Source: Lingula anatina (lineage: Eukaryota; Animalia; Brachiopoda). From it: a stretch of 64,000 nt of DNA. The first letter of the stretch is position 1. Each line of letters starts with the position of its first letter. Both the position numbers and the translations under genes were made by a program. The stretch covers positions 15,352,651-15,416,650 of the forward strand of contig CM120647.1 in the NCBI GenBank assembly GCA_051362555.1, given 5' to 3'. The notes under the pieces were generated by a model. It was not told the origin of the DNA and ran no database searches. It saw nothing but the letters and a program-made list of their open reading frames with translations. This document shows, in pieces, positions 13,265 to 27,500 of the stretch.

Positions 13265-13270
13265 AATAAA
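13265..13270 (+). terminator. Candidate polyadenylation signal of the clavesin-like gene (long ~2.9 kb 3'UTR)
   Basis: AATAAA followed by a GT/T-rich element (gtgttgtttttt), close to where the CpG-depleted domain ends. Confidence 0.4.
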
Positions 13271-14045
13271 GGAAAATATGGTGTACAATGAAGCAGTGTT
13301 GTTTTTTGCAAACCTTTCATGGTTTTTAACAGTCAAAATATATTTTGCATTTTCTTTGTCAGTTATTCCTATTCTCCATTTTCTATCCAGTTTTAGTGAA
13401 TATGATTTCTTATTTAAAGTAAGTCGAAAAATTAATTAAAACTGGCAATCCTCTTAACTGCTAAAATACTAGAAAATTAATGGCGCATGGCTGTTGGGTC
13501 AACAAAGAGCATTTGGGTAATGTGGTAATTGTGACGTGAAACACAATCTGAGAGATGCGCTCAGTTGCGGTAGATGTGACTGTAGCAGCGGTCGCAGCAG
13601 CAATATTCTGCTGGGGAGAATCTTCGTTGGACGCGACTTACTGATGCAGCGAATATCAAAGCGAGCTCGTGTGTGTGTGAGAGAGAAGGGGTGTATTTGA
13701 TTCACTTCTTTAAATTTTTCTTGAGAATGTCGTGACCTGTCAATTGATATGTGTGTTGACAAGGGCATCCTATGATAAACTATGTCCAACACGCTTCTGA
13801 AGTTCGAAAGTAAGCCTATACATATCGGTAAAATCTTCTAGCCTAATATGTTATTTTATCGCTTTCTCTCGTGTTTCGTTGCAAGAGGCAGTGTGCTTGC
13901 AAAGTGATCAATTTACCTAGCTGAAAAAAAAAGATAAGTGTAGAAAAGGATCAGAAAACCATACTTTGGGTTGTTTTGGAGTTTCATTTAAACTTAAGAT
14001 ATTGGAGTGATTCATTTGAATTGCATAAGGGGCGTAGAGCGATTC

Positions 14046-14215
14046 CAGGGCCGTAGCCTCCGGGGGGGGCAGGGGGGCACCTGCCCCCCCCCCCCCCCCC
14101 CTGGGATTTAGAGTTTTCCACACTGGTAGGGGGACACCCCCTCCCCCCTCAGGGGCTTCGCCCCCTTGTGTCCGCTTACTGCCCCCCCTGGCATTTTGCT
14201 CAGGCTACGGCCCTG
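14046..14215. mobile_element. MITE with 14-bp perfect TIRs
   Basis: CAGGGCCGTAGCCT (14046-14059) and AGGCTACGGCCCTG (14202-14215) enclose a G/C-run-rich interior. The flanks gcgattc and acgatcc may be a degenerate target-site duplication. Confidence 0.8.
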
Positions 14216-15006
14216 ACGATCCTCAATATATGAATGATGTTTTAGTAAAATTGAACAACCTTTTTTCCCCAACCCCACCGCACACAAACGCGCGCGGGCG
14301 CACACACACACACACACACACGTGTACACACACGACCACACAGACGCACACACACACACTCTCAATCACGCACCTGGCCCCAACGATGAGAAACTTGAAC
14401 ATATATCTTTCAAAACTTGAGAAGAAAAAAAAGCGCCGAAAGGAATTATGACATAATTTCCCGATTAGCATCTTGTAAAATTAATGTAGGGCAATTCACC
14501 AAGGAACCGAAAAGGTCTCTCATTTCGATCACGATCTCCAAAGCGAGCGGATCGCCGTGCTCTCCCCGGAGCGCAATACAACGCGTTTCGCGGCGCTAAT
14601 TTACGCCTATTCATCTTCTCCCTACTACATCCAGCGCTTCATTATTAAATCATGCTAAGCCCCCTCAACAGTGACATATTCGACTGCTCTAAGTCTCTTC
14701 AAAGCAAAGATTGAGAGACGCTTTCTCATTTTGCCTTCAGAAAGGGAACAAAAAGGCATCCCTGTTCATTTCCCAGGTGTCAGAGAAAGCGGCCAATTAA
14801 TCACGGACTATTTTCTTATCTCCACCACGTATTGATGTGACAATTTGCATGTTGGACCTCAGGGTATCAGCTTTCTCCACGTCTCATTTGCGGATCGTTT
14901 CATATTTTGCTGTCAGCGTCTTCCTTGATTGATTTGCGGGCTCCAGTGCTGTCTATATATTTGAAATCATTTTGTTCCTCAGAAACAGGCATTCTCATGC
15001 TCATAC

Positions 15007-15009
15007 AAA

Positions 15010-15048
<39 letters not shown>

Positions 15049-15050
15049 AT
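15007..15050. repeat. (AAAT)n microsatellite
   Basis: Perfect aaat tandem run. Confidence 0.95.
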
Positions 15051-18000
15051 TACCGAATTAATAGAGATATAGAAATAGAGAGGCGGAAATATGTTTGCTT
15101 AAAAGTGGACATATCATACTTTGCAAATGAATGTTAAGGAACCTTTTCCCGGTGCGAATCTGCTTTGATAGTGCAAATAAAATAAAATGAAATATCATAA
15201 AAAATAAACATTTCTTCAACCCATTCCGTCATTAAGCAAGGCTCAAACTACCCAGCTAATACAGTAATTGCTACACATTAAGCCTACACCCAGTTTCAAG
15301 CAGTGTCTATTTCCCAGATTTTGTAGTAACGGTGGGCAGACGCTCCTAATTTGTTATTTTCCGCTCCCTTTTGTAACAAATACTCCCTCGGTCCATTACC
15401 GTTAACGCACTTCATCAAACACGTTTTCGTCTCCAATGTGTCACTTAAATGGATATTACGTAATTTTTCACTGATTTCGCAAGAACATTAACATTAGGCC
15501 TGCAAGAATATAAGTAATGAGCGTGCAAGGATATTGTGATGGTTGCGCTGGGATCTGTTGACGTTTCGTGTATTTCCGGTCCATTCCGTGATTTGCTCAC
15601 GGAAACGAGTCTATTGAGCCGATTCCGGTATGACGGCGCTCGTATTGTTGCTGGCGCGAAAAGCGATGAACAGCAATCCGTTAATGTTGTATTAATCCAA
15701 GAATGTCAATTTCATGTGAGTCATCGTAAAATTTGCCATTTGTTTTTCTATCGTTGAGCGCTTGGGTTTTTGTAATTTGATTTCGACTTGACTTTTTGAC
15801 CGAACTGTGTCTAAGAAGAGTCTGTTTTGATAACCGTGTATTATCATGCGTTTCACTGGAGAGAAAAATGAAAGAAATCGATGAACTGTGTTCTTCCTTA
15901 CCTCTGCATCGCATCTGATTTTTTTTGACAGTCCTTTCGCTTGTTTTCAAACACGGATGACCTTTTAAAATACAGTAGTAACTATCAGATTCCTTGAGGT
16001 ATAATCATTCTTTTTCATTTAACTGCGTTTGGTATTGTATGCTGTACATTAAAATTTTTATACTGTATTAATGATGCTTGTAATTTATAGCACTATTTTG
16101 TCATTTTTATAATCGTATTTTATTAAACGTTCTTTGGACTTAGGGCCATGCGATTTTATGCTAATGCATTGTCCTATAGTTAAAGAACACAAGTAATTTA
16201 TGTACATATGTTGCTACATTTTATCTGGTTAATCATTCAAAATTACATGTTAGCCAGAAGATACTCTGTTCATCTGTATAAATGTTAGATGTTCGGTTGC
16301 CAAAATTTCTGCAACAAAAATCATCATTATTATCATTCACAATCGAGTACACAGATATTAGATGTGATGGCGAATGTTGATGCCCCATTTTACCCTTTCT
16401 TGGTATTCAGTCCTGCTACTGCTATCAAAGTTGTTTATTAACAGATAGTTACTGATGTCAAAGCTATGGCCTATGTCCAAAGCAGCTAGCTGAAGGATAT
16501 ATATTTACAATATGTTACATCAGCATATGATTTTACCAGCTCAAGCTAAACAACGTATTTGTAGAATAAAAATTTGAAAAATGTCATTCTTCAAAATATT
16601 TTTCGTGTTCAGTGAACGGAACTCATGTCTTTTACCGTCAGCATTGAAATATTTTATTGAAATTTACATGGCCTCTTACTCAAAGGTACGCTGTAAGAGC
16701 TGAATGCATTTGCAAATTTAACTGCCATAAAACAATAGAATTTAAATATGTAAAATCTACTAATGACCACTCTACTGACTTAAAACAACACTATTATCAT
16801 TATATAACAGCTCCGCCTTCGCACAATACCAAAAGGCGTCACTCAGTGCAAAATCGACGTGGTTACCGGAGCCGTGGCACAAAACCAAAGGAAATGCCCA
16901 CCCCGTATCGCGAGGAAAACAAACGGCGTTTTTGTTCGGACATCGCTGATCGATGGCCAATCGCCTCTCGCTGCCTTAAGTCACGGGCGCGTGCCGTTGT
17001 TATGAATAGCGGACTCCAAGAGATGCCCCTTTCGTGGAACAGCCCGATTATCTAATCGATTTTTTTTTAGGATCGAGCGATTAAATAATTTAGCACCTTT
17101 TTTTCTCAATTGCCGATGCAGTCTACGTATGCATGCCAATATCTATAGCTAATGTGTTATGCCATGGCTCGTATTTGTACGTAGTAAGCTGTGTCTTGTT
17201 AATCAACTTTTTGTACATTAGTTGCTATTGGTTATTCGGATAAAAGTATATAGACCAGGTTAGAATTTGTATTAATATATATATATATATCAGCATTTGT
17301 AAAATAAAACTTTTTGCACAAATTTACGATATTAATGTGATATTTAAAAAACTTTCTTAAATAAAATGTCGACGCGGAGAAGAGAAAATGGGTTTGGTGT
17401 ATTATTCTAATCAATATAGTTACGTGTACAATAACTAACTAACTAGCTAACTAACTAAGTAAATAAATAAATAATAACAAAAACGTGCTCCGTAGTTGAA
17501 TATTTTGGTTAGCTCTTCGTATTGAGGATGAAAAAAACTAAAATAACCTTTGGAGTTTCAGCGACCTTTGGAGTTTCAGCTTTCACTTCTTTATTTAAAA
17601 TAGATAAACCCTTGGACACTGAACACTGCATTAACTTCATGAAAATTGTCAGACTTCTAGACTGAAGTAATACCCATATTAAAGTTTCAAACGATATCTC
17701 TTACACAACACTAATAATAATAGATTTTAAAATAAACAAGTCACATCAATTCCTCTTGTTAATTTTCCTTTGAGCGCTCCCAGCCAGGTGCGCGTACTCA
17801 AACGGGTTAATTAACATTCGTTGGCACGGACGTCCCCTTTCATAAAACAAAACCTTTACGTACTAAGATATAATCCTATAGATTTTTCTTTTAATTAAGA
17901 GATCTCAATGGTAAAATTTGTACAACTCGGTTCTTCCACTCAAGATTTGCACCTTACAAACCCAGTTAACATCAACAACCGGGGGTCAGTGTTCGTCCGA

Positions 18001-20429
18001 TTTTCCTGACGAAGGTTAATTCGTCAAAAGGAGCCGCTAGTCGATCGAAATGGGTTTACATAATATTGAAAAGACTGGCGAAATTTTTCACCTTCCTGAG
18101 GTGAAATTGATGCATGTTCCGCACCTGATAACCTTTCGATTGTTGATAATTTGGCTTCGATCCTCGATCAGCGTCCGTACAATGGCTAAGATCGGTTCGT
18201 ATGTGGCCGTGGCACTAAAATTGGGATAAGGGAATTTGAAAATCTTTACTCGCTTGTGAAGATTCTTTTTTTGTCTATAGCTACTTACATTTGTCTGGTC
18301 TTACCAGCCAATTTTAGTAGTTTACTCGCTATTTTTAATGGTAGGATTTCTTTGGATTTCTTTCTTTCTTTCTTTCTTTCTTTCTCACCTTTTTGTCTCC
18401 CATTTATTTATATATTGCATTATGAGCAATTAACACACTGATTAAAAAAGGCAGAGGGAAAGAAGTTTTTTTTTTTTCGCATTTCAAATCAAGAGATCAT
18501 GACGAACTGATTACCAGTCAGTACCAAGTGAAACGAAAAATAGACAATTCCCTAGAAGAACAAAATAATTAAAGAGATGGATACCACTCAACCAGTACCG
18601 GAACATAATATTCCATTCGTGGTAATTATACAGTGCAAGTAACGTATCTTATAATGATAGTCTAAGATTACACACTCTTGTCATGTATTTTGCTGTTCTC
18701 CTTTCTCATATTGGTTCTGGGTGCACTGAAAGCCAGCTAGGTCTTGCTTCAACTACTACTATAATCATTATATTCGATGGCTCATTTTAAGTGAAGAAAG
18801 TAAAAAGAAAAAACCTCCATCAAAGAGATGAAGTGGAAATAACAGAAAAAAAGATTGTTCGGCATATTCCTCAATTTATCAAATCATTAAGAGATTGGAG
18901 AATACATCGCCAGTAGCACAACATATGTTGGACATGTTTCTCATTAAACCACTTCGCCACTCAGAGGAAACAAGACATAGCCACCTTCTCCAAAATATTG
19001 AATTGAACATTAAAGAAAGGAGTTAATTTTGGCGACTCCACTGCGTCTCTAAGAGCAGGTAACAAGGCTAATTGTGGGATTAAGGATTAATACGGTAAAC
19101 ATGTTGGCTCTTCCCCGGTGAGTGAGGGTGAGATTTCTATGTCATCGTTTAAAGGACTGCCTCTTTAAAATCACCGTCTTCATTAGACCAAATTACTCAG
19201 CATATGTTCAATCATCAAAATTTGTCCGACGCTCGAGCCGCTTTATCCGATTTTAACCGAGCATATGTTTTGTCACCGCAGAAATTGACTTCTTTTCAAT
19301 GACTCCTTAATTGCTCGCCGGTAATTAGCTAAATTGCGTCAAATTGAGGGCGTTTTGTGACGGGCACGCGCTCGGAATTCTTTCAGTCGTATTGTTTGAC
19401 GAAATCAGTTCGGGGATTACGACGGCGAACCAAGGGTGTTAAACAAACCGCAAAATGTCAGATAACTCTTCAAGAGAACGACAGAATGTCTGCGTTCCTC
19501 GATCAGGATATGTACTCTTTTGACAGTCATGGATGATTTTAGCTATTTAGTCACTGGGCACGTGCGTTGTATTACCTTGCTTGTTTGGGGGGAGTTGGGA
19601 AATTACCTGTAATAAATCAACCAGGGTCGGAGTCGTCCGTCTTTTAAAGCGAAATAAAAAACGTGTTGGATTATACCGTAATTTCCCAACCGGGGTCTCT
19701 CATAATTCCCTTAATTTTCTCGTAATCCCTTCCAAGAAGAACAACGAAATGTAGTCATTTGAGCTGGTAAATAGTCTATTTTGTTGGTCGGTCATGAAGT
19801 TACCTTGCAAACGAATTGCAGTACCGATCACTGTTATTGGAGCGATTTTTCTGCCTTTCGTTTGGCAGCTTATATCGAGAGAATAGCTGGTTTTTGTTTG
19901 AATTACCGCCATTCCGCTTGTTGATACATAAGATAAAATGCAAAGCAATTTTTGATATATATCTATTCTATTTAATTGGTTATACCGATTTCCGATGGTA
20001 CTTTCCAACTAACAGAAAACATTTTTATGATTGAAATGTTTTAAATATCCTGTTATTATCGCTCCTTCATATACAAACAACTTCAAAATAGTCCCAAGTT
20101 CGAAGAAATTACGTCACTGGCAAAAAAAAAAAAAAAAAAAAAAGACTCGTTCCGTATGTGTAGATTTACAGTTTGATTATTTAAACTTTCGAAATTTCTC
20201 GTAAAAAAGGAATTAAAACATTCCATTTTAGAAAATTTTAAAACTGAAATTTATACCTCTTTAATGTTTCAATGACTTTTTTAATGAACTTTATAGTAAG
20301 AAAATAACTCACTTTTAAATCCATGTGAATCAAATATTTTAATCAAATTCCTTTAGCTTGTACTTTTAGCTCGTACCCTTAGCACGAAGAAACAAAGAAA
20401 AATAAAACATATTTTACATGCAAAAACAG

Positions 20430-20435
20430 TTTATT
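20430..20435 (-). terminator. Candidate polyadenylation signal of the zinc-finger gene
   Basis: Minus-strand AATAAA overlapping ATTAAA, ~1.6 kb downstream of the stop codon and followed by a T/GT-rich tract. Confidence 0.5.
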
Positions 20436-22056
20436 TAATGAGCATTACAATATAGCTTATATTTTCCAAATTTAAATAATATATACAATTAACATGCATA
20501 CCACAAAGAAAACAATAAAATTTCTAACACTTTGCCGCTGTCCCAAAAAAAATCCTGTATGAAACATCCAACACATCCACTTAAAAATATCTATTTACCA
20601 CGATATAAACACACAGCGCCCTTGATATAGGCAAGAGAAACGTGACTAGATACCTTAATTCTGAGCATTATTCAAATACAAATAAAATTTATTATGTCTG
20701 TTTTCTTATCCATGACGACACTTGACTAGTCTCTTATTTACAGCATGGTATATTTCCAATTAAAATTTATGATTTTACAAATGGTCCATCCTAATCTTGA
20801 TAAACATCTATTTGTTTCTATCAATCTAGCGCAAGGTAGGTACGGGTAAACTAAATATTTCAATTTTTGATTATTTGAATAATGGCCATCCAACTGACTA
20901 GCGTCATACTGATACTTGAGCAAATGCCTTTAATATACAAGTCCGTATATGCTTAGATCTTCACAATGACGTCATTTCACTTAGTTAAAGTGGTTTATCA
21001 ATACAAACATTAATGTGTTGACTCATTCTTCGAGAGTTGCATACCATCTCTATTCGATATCTATATTTCAAGTGAGCAACACACAGTGATTTTCATTGCT
21101 CACCCCTGGGCTCTATAAGATAGATAAACGCATCATAAAGAAAAAAATATCTAGGACGGATCTCTTCAAGAAAAAAATCCTTTCAAACTACTTCAAATTT
21201 TGACGACAACAAAAACGTTGAAGTGCTTTGACTTATATGATTGTACTTGCAGATTTTTAAATATTGCTCTACCCCCGAGTCTCACAAAGACTTCACATGA
21301 AGTGAGGCAAGTTATGTTATCAACAAAACAATTATGCAATTACCACAATATCGATATTTTGTGGGTTTAAGTTATTTTTACAACGATGACGTAAACGACC
21401 TCCCACACTGTCAACAAACCGTGCTGCCTTGAAATGGCTCCGTGTCTGGGCAACACGTTTCAACAAAAGTTCCTTATTTGCTGAATGTGTCATATTAAGT
21501 TTTAGGCTTAAGACTATGATTGTCTGGGGTTCAATACAGAAGGTCGTCTTTTTTTTTCATATCACTGTGAGATTCAAACTTGACCAACGCGTGACACAGG
21601 TGTTAGGCGAAATAGGAAGCGCGCACGAACTATTGTTGCACGCGCATTTTTTGCTTGCTCAAATGGCCAACAAGTATTGACTTAATCACATTATTATTAT
21701 ATGAACCATTTCTCTATGCTTGTAAGCGCCAGCTTGGATTCACAAAACAATTGAGTCCTGATTAACAGCCACCTAATAACACCATGTAAAATACACCACA
21801 TTTAACAAATGTGTATAATCAACTTTAACTAACATATCATAGGTTCAGGATAATCCTGAGCTGAATGAAAACACTGCAAATGAGTATGGAGGACAAGGAT
21901 CCATTGACACAACTGCGCTTGCGCTGATTGTCGTCTCCTAGCAACGAACGCGCGGTGGAGGTGAGCGGTGCAATCAGCCGACTTTTTCCACAAATAGAAA
22001 TCTATATAAAAAGTCATAATCATGTCTCTTTGTAACAGGTCCACTTTCTGGTCGTT

Positions 22057-24477
22057 TCATAGCAACGCCTGCCCGGTGTAAGGATGAGAGGCGATCAGGT
22101 GACTTTTCAGCGCGTTTTTCTGGTAGAAGTCTTTGCCGCAGTGCTGACAAGAGAAAGGTTTGTTGTCCGCGTGGATGCGGCGGTGGGTGTTCAGCGTACT
22201 CGCCAGCGTGAAGCCTTTCCCACACACTTCACAGCGGTGAGGTCTCTCGCCTAAAACGAAAACCAAAGAAGTTGCATTAGTATGTCTGAAATTTCTAATG
22301 ATCATCTTATAAGACACTACGTAGGCCCCTACTACATGTATATTGAGATCTATAGACTGTTTTTTATTCAGGTATATTCTAGTAATTAAAAGAAATCGCA
22401 CACATTTTTTTCTCCACCAACTTAGTTAAAAGCTGAGCAAGAGCCCAGGTATTCATTACCTTAGGCATAACAATTAAGATGGTTCAGATACAAACTTCAG
22501 ATTTATCCACTGCATTTTACAACAGTTAAAACGGCCAACAAAATCCTCCATACCTGTGTGTCCATATATATGAGCCTGTAGATTGCCCTTCTGGTTAAAC
22601 CCCTTCCCGCACGTCGGGCACTGATACATCTTCCGGTCCGAGTGCGTGCGCATGTGGTAGGTGAGGTGAGTAAGCTGCTTGAAGCCTCGTCCGCACGTCT
22701 TGCACTTGTGGGGCTTCTCTCCTGCCAATAAGGGAGAAAATTCGGAGAATTTATTCACTAATTCTATGAAGGGGGGGGGACTCTATGCTGGTTACAATGC
22801 GTATAGTTGTTAAACTTTGCCGATTTCGGATTTTTTACTTATCAAGTGGTGTGAAAAATCAATGGACTGCTGTCTCAAAGCTATCTATACACGTTGGCAT
22901 TAATTACACTAATATTTCACCAACAACAACCTCCTTTTTTTTTTAGAAAATTCATTTTTTTAGAATCAGCACTCACCTGTATGAGTATAACTGTGAATCT
23001 TCATATCGATTTTCTGGTGGAATCCTTTCCCACAATACTGGCAGACGAACGGCTTGAAACTGGTGTGAGTGCGCATGTGCGTATGCAAATTAGATGCGCG
23101 GTTGAAGGCTTTATTGCACTGTGCGCAGACGTAGGGTTTCACGGTGGTGTGGGTTAGGCGATGGCGGGTGAGGTTACCTGGCTGGCGGAAAGCTCTGCCG
23201 CAGACCTCACACTTGAAGGGTTTCTCTCCAGTGTGGATTCGCTGAAAAGAAAAGAATGTTGCTGAATATAATATTATGGCATCATCAAATAACTCTTAGA
23301 GATAGGTTGGGGTCCTTGTACATATGTGTTTTAACGATTTGAAATAAATGGTTGTTTCACTTAAGCCCTCGACAATGATGACCTTTGATACTAGCTATTG
23401 GGCTACTTTCAGGGCAAAATAGTGATAATTAACAAAATTGCAGAAATTAATCAATTGATTAATTAACTAATTAATGAATTAACAAATAGAAATGGAAAGG
23501 CTGATATATGATTGCGTCATGTAAGTTATTCTAAGGGGAAAAATTGATTAAACAAAAAAATATTACCGAGAAATGTTTGTGGTAAATCTAACTCTCAGGG
23601 CGCCTGCATATTAATGGTTTTTTGTATTGTCATCTTGGAATGTTTCACCTGACTTAAGTGATTAAGTAATAGATAATGGCTGTGTGTGCAATTGAACATT
23701 TTCGTTGCAAATTTAAGTCTATTTCAGTCTTTTATAGGAAAGAAAAGGCACGCACCTGCAGGTAAATGCAGATACGAAATGTGTGGCCAAAATGGGCAGT
23801 TTCAATGTTTTCAATAATTCGTGGTGAATAGGGCATTTTATTCCCTTTAACTTTTTATAAAAGAAGTGGCCAGAGACGGGTTGAAACCCGAAAAATTCTC
23901 ACGGTCATATCGGGACACGTGTGCCATGGAGAAATGGAGGACAATACCCGAAATGATGATTACTGACGAGAGCCCACCTCTTGAAAAGCGGGGCCATTCA
24001 TGTCAAATTACAGGGTGCAAGACCAAAATCTGTTTGTTTCCCTTCACACCTCCAACTCTTCAGTGCTGCCATATTTGCTCCGTGTTGTATAACACAAACG
24101 ACAGACAAAAGTGGACGAAAATAGCGCTAAGTCTCTATTTGTTGTCCATTATCCGAGCTCACCGGACGTTAATTTGGCCGGAGCTGTCCGGTACCGTCCC
24201 AGGCGATGTTTACAGGAGGACAAAGAGGATGCTGGACTTGAAGAAAAACGGCTTAGGCTTCTCATGTTTGCGCGCGCTATTCGAGACGAGAGCGGCTTGT
24301 TTGCACACCATTCCTTGGCCAAATTTGGCTGTAGAAACATGACTTTGCGTAAGAAGAAGTAATATTTGTTTGTGGACCCAAGGGCGCAGACGGGAACCAA
24401 ACAAAGAGAAGATTATTTTGGGATGAAATGGAAGGGTGTAAAGAATTTGACTTTCTCTTTTCTTTTTCGTCTCACCG

Positions 24478-24508
<31 letters not shown>

Positions 24509-27500
24509 TCTTCTACTTCTTGTGTGTGTGTGTGTGTTTATGTTGAAATTGCTTTATGACGCACACCTTAAAATTATATTTATTGCCCTTGCAAAAAAAT
24601 CTATAACTATAAAGTTTGTGGAAAATGGCGTGATTGCAAAACATAGCTATTAAGTTCGAATCATAAAACGGTTTTATTTTTTAAAAACCACGAATTTTAA
24701 CTGCTCCAACTCCTGATTACACCCACATTTGGTTATCATCATCACTTAATTTAAAACGTCTATATTGAAACCAACTCCTATCATTTAAGTCACTGCCACT
24801 CCGAGCTTGAAATCACTTAGAGAATGAATTTTTGCCGATTCTCATCTTCTAAGTTGGGGCCCTGATAAAATTTGATGATCAATGTCAAATTTATACATCA
24901 GCGGTAATAAACTTAAATACTTTTATCTTTTTTTGCTATATATTTGTGAGATGGGACCGAAATTCGAGTAATAAATTGTTACGAATTAATTAAATTACAC
25001 TGAACTTTTGGGCTTAATATTGCCTTGGCCTGCCTAACATGACTTAAAGTGATGGGTGAATAAAGGATTCAAAAGATGTGACGGAAAATATCTTAATATC
25101 AAAGTACTTCCTAAGAAAAAGCTCTCTTCTTCTGCCTAAATGACCTAAAATGATTTTGGTCACACGCCGATCAAGTTTCTCTCCAGTATTTCACCATTCA
25201 ACAGCTCAATAATTTCACAGCCTTAAACAATTCATTTCTCAGGCACGGCCCAAAAATCGAAAGGTTTTCGGGTGCAACCCCGAGCATGATTTTGTTCGTA
25301 GGGCATTACCGAAGCATTCTGTGTTGTTAAGGTGCAACGTTACGTAACAGATCAAACGTTTAGCGTGCTGTTGGCTAATGCGGGAATTCATCCGGGTTAA
25401 AAACCAATACTAAACGAGCGCGTCTGTTTGTAGAAGATGTGATTGTAAAATGCGACTCTTTGTAAACACTTTCCAAGTCTGTGCCTCAAGGTATAAATGT
25501 TTCTCGGTATTGTTTTTAAAATGTGTGTTTGTTTGTGTGTGAACCATAAATTGACTGGAATTTGTATAGAAAAAACAATTTGCAGGGGGACATTTATATT
25601 TCTATATGAAGTAGACCGAAATTAAAAACAAGATGGAGAAATTAAATCTAAAATTGTTGAGAGAGTACCTTTAAATATCAAAGTGAAGTTTTTATCTGAC
25701 ATAGTTGGAACAAGGAGAAAAATGTTTACCAGTCAGATGTGATTCAAGAGCAATAAAAAATATATGACATTTCAGACACAAAGATCGTCATTTTGGAGAG
25801 AGAGAGAGGCCAGGAGATCAGTTGCAATAGTGGAGTCATTAGGTGTGATACGATCAATTTATCAGCGCTACTAAGTTAAAAACTTCCTCCGGGAAAGTGC
25901 ACCCCCATTATCTTCCATTCATTCCATGTTTACCCGCAGCAATTGTTGTCGTCTGATGCTTTTCCCGCTTCTCCGAGATATCGTCTGCTTCGGGAAGTTT
26001 CTGATTAAACAACCTCTGCATTCGACGGAGAACGCTGGTGCGATGCAAGCATATTATATAATTCTTTTTAAAAAGAGTTTTAAAGGTATTTAACGCCATA
26101 TTGGTCATCGGTAGCAAATAAATGCTAACGCTTCCTGGAAATATTGCACGGAAACGGCCGGCAATGGCCGGAAATGGACGAGCTAATGGTAAAAAGTCAA
26201 CAGATAATTGTGTGGAGATGCTGTCTGGTTGCATCACTCTTAGTTGACAATCAACATCTGATCTGGGGGGACACACACAGCGCGCGCTGCAATAAAAGGA
26301 ATATTGATGTTTTAAGTAGCTGCCCATGAAGGCTAATCAGTTGCTTTATCGAGGGTCACGTAGAGCAACTTCACGCCTCTGCCCGGCCATGTAATGCACG
26401 TGGTCGCGTGACCGCGGTATATTGTCGCGGAATTGACGCGACAAATATTGCAGTCTGACACTCGCGGATAGAGTTTCGGAGACTTTTGCTTTAGTATATT
26501 AGCTTAACAGACATGCACGGCAGTTGGCAAATAGATAAGAATTGCTCGGGTTCTTGGGAAAGTAAAACGATCTTTTGTTTATGAGAAATGTTTCGATACG
26601 AGACAAATTCATCTATCAAATTGCGTTATGAAGTTAACCCACAACAAGCAACATTTTGACTGTGTAGGCCTATATTTTAAGAACGACTTAATGATCAGAC
26701 CTTTGTGAGAATATCAAAATTTTTAAATATTATTTTTGAATGACAGTCGACACTTATTTAATCTCACTGTTATTATATTGTGGTGATGATGATGATGATG
26801 ATGATGACGACAGTGTAGTAGAACACCTCAAATAAAACATCTTATAGGCATCGATAGTGGCATTTTTTCACCGCCAAGTTTCTTGTCGTTTTCTTTGAAA
26901 ACAAAAGTAAGAAAAAAAAAAACTTGGGAGACAAACTTGTAATTCAACACCCATTTACACAAGCACCCTTACCTTGTGCGTGACCAGCGTGTTACTTCTG
27001 CTGAAAGCCTTGGAGCAAATGTCACACTTGTACTTCTTCAGAGGGGGTGGTTTGTCTCCCGACACTCTCCTACCCCCAGGAATTCCCAGGAACGCCGGGT
27101 GAAGGATCCCTGAATTTCCGTTCATCCCAAATGGCATGGGACCCATGGGCAGCAAACCGGCTGCGGCATAGGCGCTGAGAGACGCAGAACTGGTAGCTGG
27201 TTCCCCATATCGAGAAGGGAGAGGGAAGGGAAGGGAGCCCAGAGCGGAAGCGTATGACGTCATCAAAGTGTCCGGTGGGAAGTTCGGTAACGACTTAGGA
27301 GGAAATGGGAACGAGTGGGGTGGTGTCACGTTCAGAATAGTGTTCGGTTGGGACGATGTGGGGGACGAATGACGCTCATGTCTAGTATCTGGCTTTAATT
27401 GAGGACTGAGTGGGGATGACGTCACACTTCGGTGTTCATGTGACGTAATTTCTACTTCCTCTGCTTTTTCTTCCTCGTCTTCTCCTTTATCTTCTTCATC

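Noticed and set aside
17546-17580. Short direct duplications (17546-17580, 8521-8550, 49956-50042) and an 8-bp-stem hairpin at 15584-15604
   Set aside because: Ordinary slippage duplications or chance hairpins with no supporting context.
23866-24342. 158-aa plus-strand ORF in the first coding intron of the zinc-finger gene (and the 155-aa ORF at 31675-32142)
   Set aside because: No domain, non-ATG start for the first, and no splice context. More likely chance ORFs in GC-richer regulatory DNA.
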